A stretch of 63,570 nucleotides of DNA, the filler included, from Thraustochytrium aureum (Eukaryota): the NCBI GenBank assembly GCA_012862495.1. It is 6 parts of 2 records of this genome, joined end to end, with 100 filler letters (N's around TTAATTAATTAA, not from the genome) between each part and the next. Parts side by side here need not be neighbours in the genome. Positions count along the whole stretch, not along the records: positions 51,013 to 60,927 come from BLSG01000154.1; positions 61,028 to 63,570 come from BLSG01000159.1; 4 more parts are not named here. One strand, 5' to 3'. The stretch's first letter is position 1. The number at the start of each line of letters is the position of its first letter. This document shows positions 60,262-63,570 of the stretch, piece after piece. Below the pieces are notes generated by a model that saw nothing but the letters and a program-made list of their open reading frames with translations, was not told where the DNA came from and did no database searches. A program made the translations under genes and the position numbers.

Positions 60262-60927
60262 GTGTGGGACTCTGTGAGTGCGGATGAACGAGAAGGTGAT
60301 GGCCTGCGCACCCGCGCTGTACGTCCGCGCCGCCGGCACCCTTCCGACTCATTCGGAACAGACCGAGGGTTCGTCAGCACCTCCCACCCCAGCAGCTCTA
60401 GAGGTAGAGTGGCTGTCTGATGAAGAGGGCGGCGTTGGCTGCGACGAACGCCACGAGGGTTTGAAGTGGCTGGTCCAGGCCACTTTAGGGAGAGCGTTGT
60501 TTGAAATACATCCGATTACCTGCTTGCCCTGAGCCTGCAATGGCCTCCTAGATCAGGAAGACCGGGGAGGTCTCGCCGTCGGGCACCGCGATGCCCACCT
60601 CGTGTAAAACGTTTGAGGGCTTTGTGCGCCTTGGGCGATCCTTATTCCGATGCTGTTGCTTGCAATCGAATCTGACGGCGTGAGGGCCTGCGGTGCGCTT
60701 TCAGCTTCAAAAGGCAAAAACGCACTTAGTACTGAGGCGCGACGTCACAAACATGACCGAAACGGCGCTGTGGGCAGTAGTACAGTGTACTCGAGTACGC
60801 TACCTACCCGAACTTTCAAGCCAACCTTACTGACGGACCAAGTCACAGTTGCATCAGCATTAGTTTACAAACAAATCGCCTCGTGCGATTGACTCTAGAG
60901 CTAGCTAAAATGCGACTAGCTAAAATG

Positions 60928-61027
60928 NNNNNNNNNNNNNNNNNNNNNNNNNNNNNNNNNNNNNNNNNNNNTTAATTAATTAANNNNNNNNNNNNNNNNN
61001 NNNNNNNNNNNNNNNNNNNNNNNNNNN
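60928..61027. other. Artificial scaffold-joining linker
   Basis: N44-TTAATTAATTAA-N44. Confidence 0.97.
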
Positions 61028-63570
61028 CCCATTCCCGCTGATTACAAGTCGCCAGGCAGAAGGAGAACAGAGGCGCGGAGCAAGGGCAAGCACGACCACA
61101 GGGTCTCGTACTACAACGGAGATCTCTTCAATGGCAGCGACATCGACATTTTCGTTTGGGGGCTGTCTGATGAGGAGGCGAACAACAAGCTGGTCGATAT
61201 TTACAACCAAGTGTGTGAGGCATGCCCCGCACAGGTAATCTGCTTCCGCAGCGCGCATGCAGTCACGATGGTGAGCCAGTTCCCGTTCCGCCACGTCCAG
61301 GTTGTGCTGCGGATTTACTCAAGCCCTTACGAGGTCTTGGCCGGGTTTGATGTCGACTCGTGCACTTTCCTTTACGACGGGGACAATGTTTACACAACCC
61401 CCCGCGGCCACCATGCCCTTACAGCAGGGTACAACACTGTCGACATTTCGAGGCGCAGCCCCAGCTACGAGATGCGGCTGGCCAAGTACGCGTGCCGCGG
61501 GTTTGAGGTGGTTGTGCCCGGGTATGATCCAAAGCGCGTAGACCCCAACATTTTTGACAAGCCCTTCGGCCTGCTCCATGGCCTTTCGCGCCTCATAGTG
61601 CTCGATTACCTGCAGGTTCCGCTCCAGCGATACAAGTACAATGAGCGTCAAGGTTTCGTTCGCGGCACTGCGGAAAACGCGCTACGTGACCGGTTCCGGC
61701 GGGACGCTTTCACGTTGGAGCGATTGAAGAAGGTGGGCGGGAGCGCCGAGCAGTCCAACTACTCGACCGTATATCTCCCGTGGGGCCCCGGCTACACGGC
61801 GAAGGAAACGCTCGACGGCATAGTGGCGAAGGACAAGAACCTGAACGAGACGATCGTTTTCGCCACTAGGGATGGGACCCGTTTTAGCCTTCACCCATGC
61901 TTCTGGGGGAGCGCAGAGGAAGTCATTGAAGACTGTTTTCCCGATGACCCCCCCATCCCCGAGGACGCGGACCCGAACCTACTCAAGCATTACGTGCGTG
62001 GCCCGCTCGTGTGGATGCAGGACGATCCCGGCCGCCAGCAAGTTGGCTCTTTCAACCCCATCACGAGCGGGGACTGGGAGGAGGGTGCCTACGCCTTATC
62101 CGTGGTGGAACTTCGAGAAAAGGCTGAGGCCGCTCTACGCGGTCGCACTCCTGCAATGGAGCTTTTCTTCGACTCACTTCGCGCGCGTGCCGAACTTGTC
62201 AGCCTTCGAACGGCCCAAAAGGAAAATGGAGACGACGTCGGGTTTCTCGACACTGCAAGCGCCGCCATTATGGGGTTCTTGAACAGCAGCGACCCATTTT
62301 GCCGCATGGCCAACCTAGAGCGCGCCTTGGTGACGGTGGGCGAGTCTTCCGAGGAGCTTAGGACCCTCCAGACGGCGTTGCAAAGCCAGGACATCGAGGA
62401 AAGGGCCAAAACTGCTGAGCGTCGTAATGCTGTGCGCAAGACTTTGCTCTTTAACCTACGGAAGTCACTGGCCTTTCCGTTCGACAGCAGGCGGAGAGAT
62501 GTCAAGATCGACATTGCGCGGGCAAACACGCCAGTACAGGCTGCAATAGCGACGCTCGAGCCACTTCCTGTTGTCTCAGGGGTTTCTCGAATGTCTGATT
62601 TTAGCTTGGTGCAAGCTTTAGCCAAAGAGGCGCTCGATCAGGTCGACATGTGGAAGACTCGCCACGACCTTTCTGGGCTTCGGGAATCAACTGAAGCCGC
62701 AATCGGCAGGCTGAGCGGGGGTTCGCCGTCGCTTGATTCCCTCCTTTTAAAACTACGACCAATTGAACGGCTTGGAGGAGGGCCTGCGCCGAGCTAGAGA
62801 AGCGATGCGAGAAGAGATTACTGCGCTGGAGGAGCGAAACCCGAAAGCGGACGCGCCACTTGACCTCGTGCAGGCTGCTCTTGCGGCGATATCTGAGTAC
62901 TACACGTCAGTAGTACCGCGCCGGCTCAACGAGCTTAATGTCAGACGAGAATCAGCCAAGCTAGAACTCGGTAACGTCATCGCTGGCGAGAACGAGCCCA
63001 GCTTTGCGCGGATTGACAGCTTGGTCGATGAGCTGCGCAGAGCCGACACTCGGGGCCGTGAAGTCCGTTATGAGCTGCAAAGACTGCGGGACGATATGGT
63101 GTTCATGACAAGCTTTGAAGAACACGCCAGAGCCACGGTTATGATTGCGGATTTGCAGGGCCGACTCAGCGAGCTGGACGCTGATGGTTCCCGTCAACGG
63201 GCCGAGCGTAATCTGATCAAGGAGAGAGCGCGCATCCTGAAGATTGCATTTGAGCACTATCCTGAGAAACGCTTCGATGATGATTTCCTGCTTAGGCTGC
63301 GCATCCGTGCGGGTCTCCCTGTCGCAGATCTATGCCGCAGCGGTGTCTGGGCAGAGGGTGCAAAGCAGAGCGACTTTACAGTGCAGGAGACCTTGGCTGC
63401 AGTTGGTGGAAAATCGGTTTTTCGAGCGACCGACGCACGCGGTCGGACGGTCGTGCTCAAGCGCTTTCTCCTTGCCGACGAGGCCCACCACCGTCGCTTT
63501 TACCGGCAGTGCGGGTTGCTCCAGAGGCTTCGAAATGCTTTCGTCGTAAGCGTGGAGGTCGTCTTTGTGG
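61028..63570 (+). CDS. Partial gene: pol-beta-type nucleotidyltransferase-like domain + coiled coil + protein kinase N-lobe (open at both ends; frameshift near TTTTAAAA 62745-62752)
   Basis: Frame open from scaffold start: ...NGSDIDIFVWGLSDEEA...RHVQVVLRIY...GFDVD...RRSPSYEMRLAKYACRGF...DDPGRQQVGSFNPIT. A shifted frame from 62751 stays open to the window end: ...EHYPEK...SDFTVQETLAAVGGKSVFRATDARGRTVVLKRFLL...RRFYRQCGLLQRLRNAFVVSVEVVFV. Confidence 0.72.

Noticed and set aside
61028..63570. Last scaffold as an endogenous giant-virus fragment
   Set aside because: The NTase-like domain also occurs in cellular eukaryotes, and no viral hallmark genes or sharp AT shift are visible in this short stretch.

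Overview
High-GC eukaryotic genomic DNA from a draft assembly. It has few spliceosomal introns (GT-AG, with CTAAC/CTGAC branch points). The gene content (AP2 factor, fused nitrile hydratase, FYVE fusion, sulfotransferase, two-domain channel) fits a stramenopile such as a thraustochytrid/labyrinthulomycete, but that assignment is inference. The window is not one locus: six scaffolds are joined by 100-nt artificial N44-TTAATTAATTAA-N44 linkers, there are many N gaps, and more than ten single-base frameshifts (mostly in homopolymers) look like sequencing errors. Recognisable genes: NOG1, eIF2A (partial), an ACMSD-like amidohydrolase, a sulfotransferase, a fused beta-alpha Co-type nitrile hydratase, an EF-hand protein, a large LRR protein, C2H2 and AP2 transcription factors, LeuRS, a two-domain voltage-gated channel with EF hands, TLDc, RCE1, F-BAR, RhoGAP, FYVE-EHD, TVP38/VTT and a TPR-IQ-LRR protein. 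Best leads: (1) a nucleotidyltransferase-like domain fused, across one probable homopolymer frameshift, to a coiled coil and a protein kinase whose reading frame is missing from the ORF track; (2) a 2x6TM bacterial-Nav-like channel carrying a natural TLDDWSD filter; (3) an ACMSD paralog that has lost both substrate-binding arginines, on the same scaffold as a nitrile hydratase with a targeting-peptide-like N-terminus.
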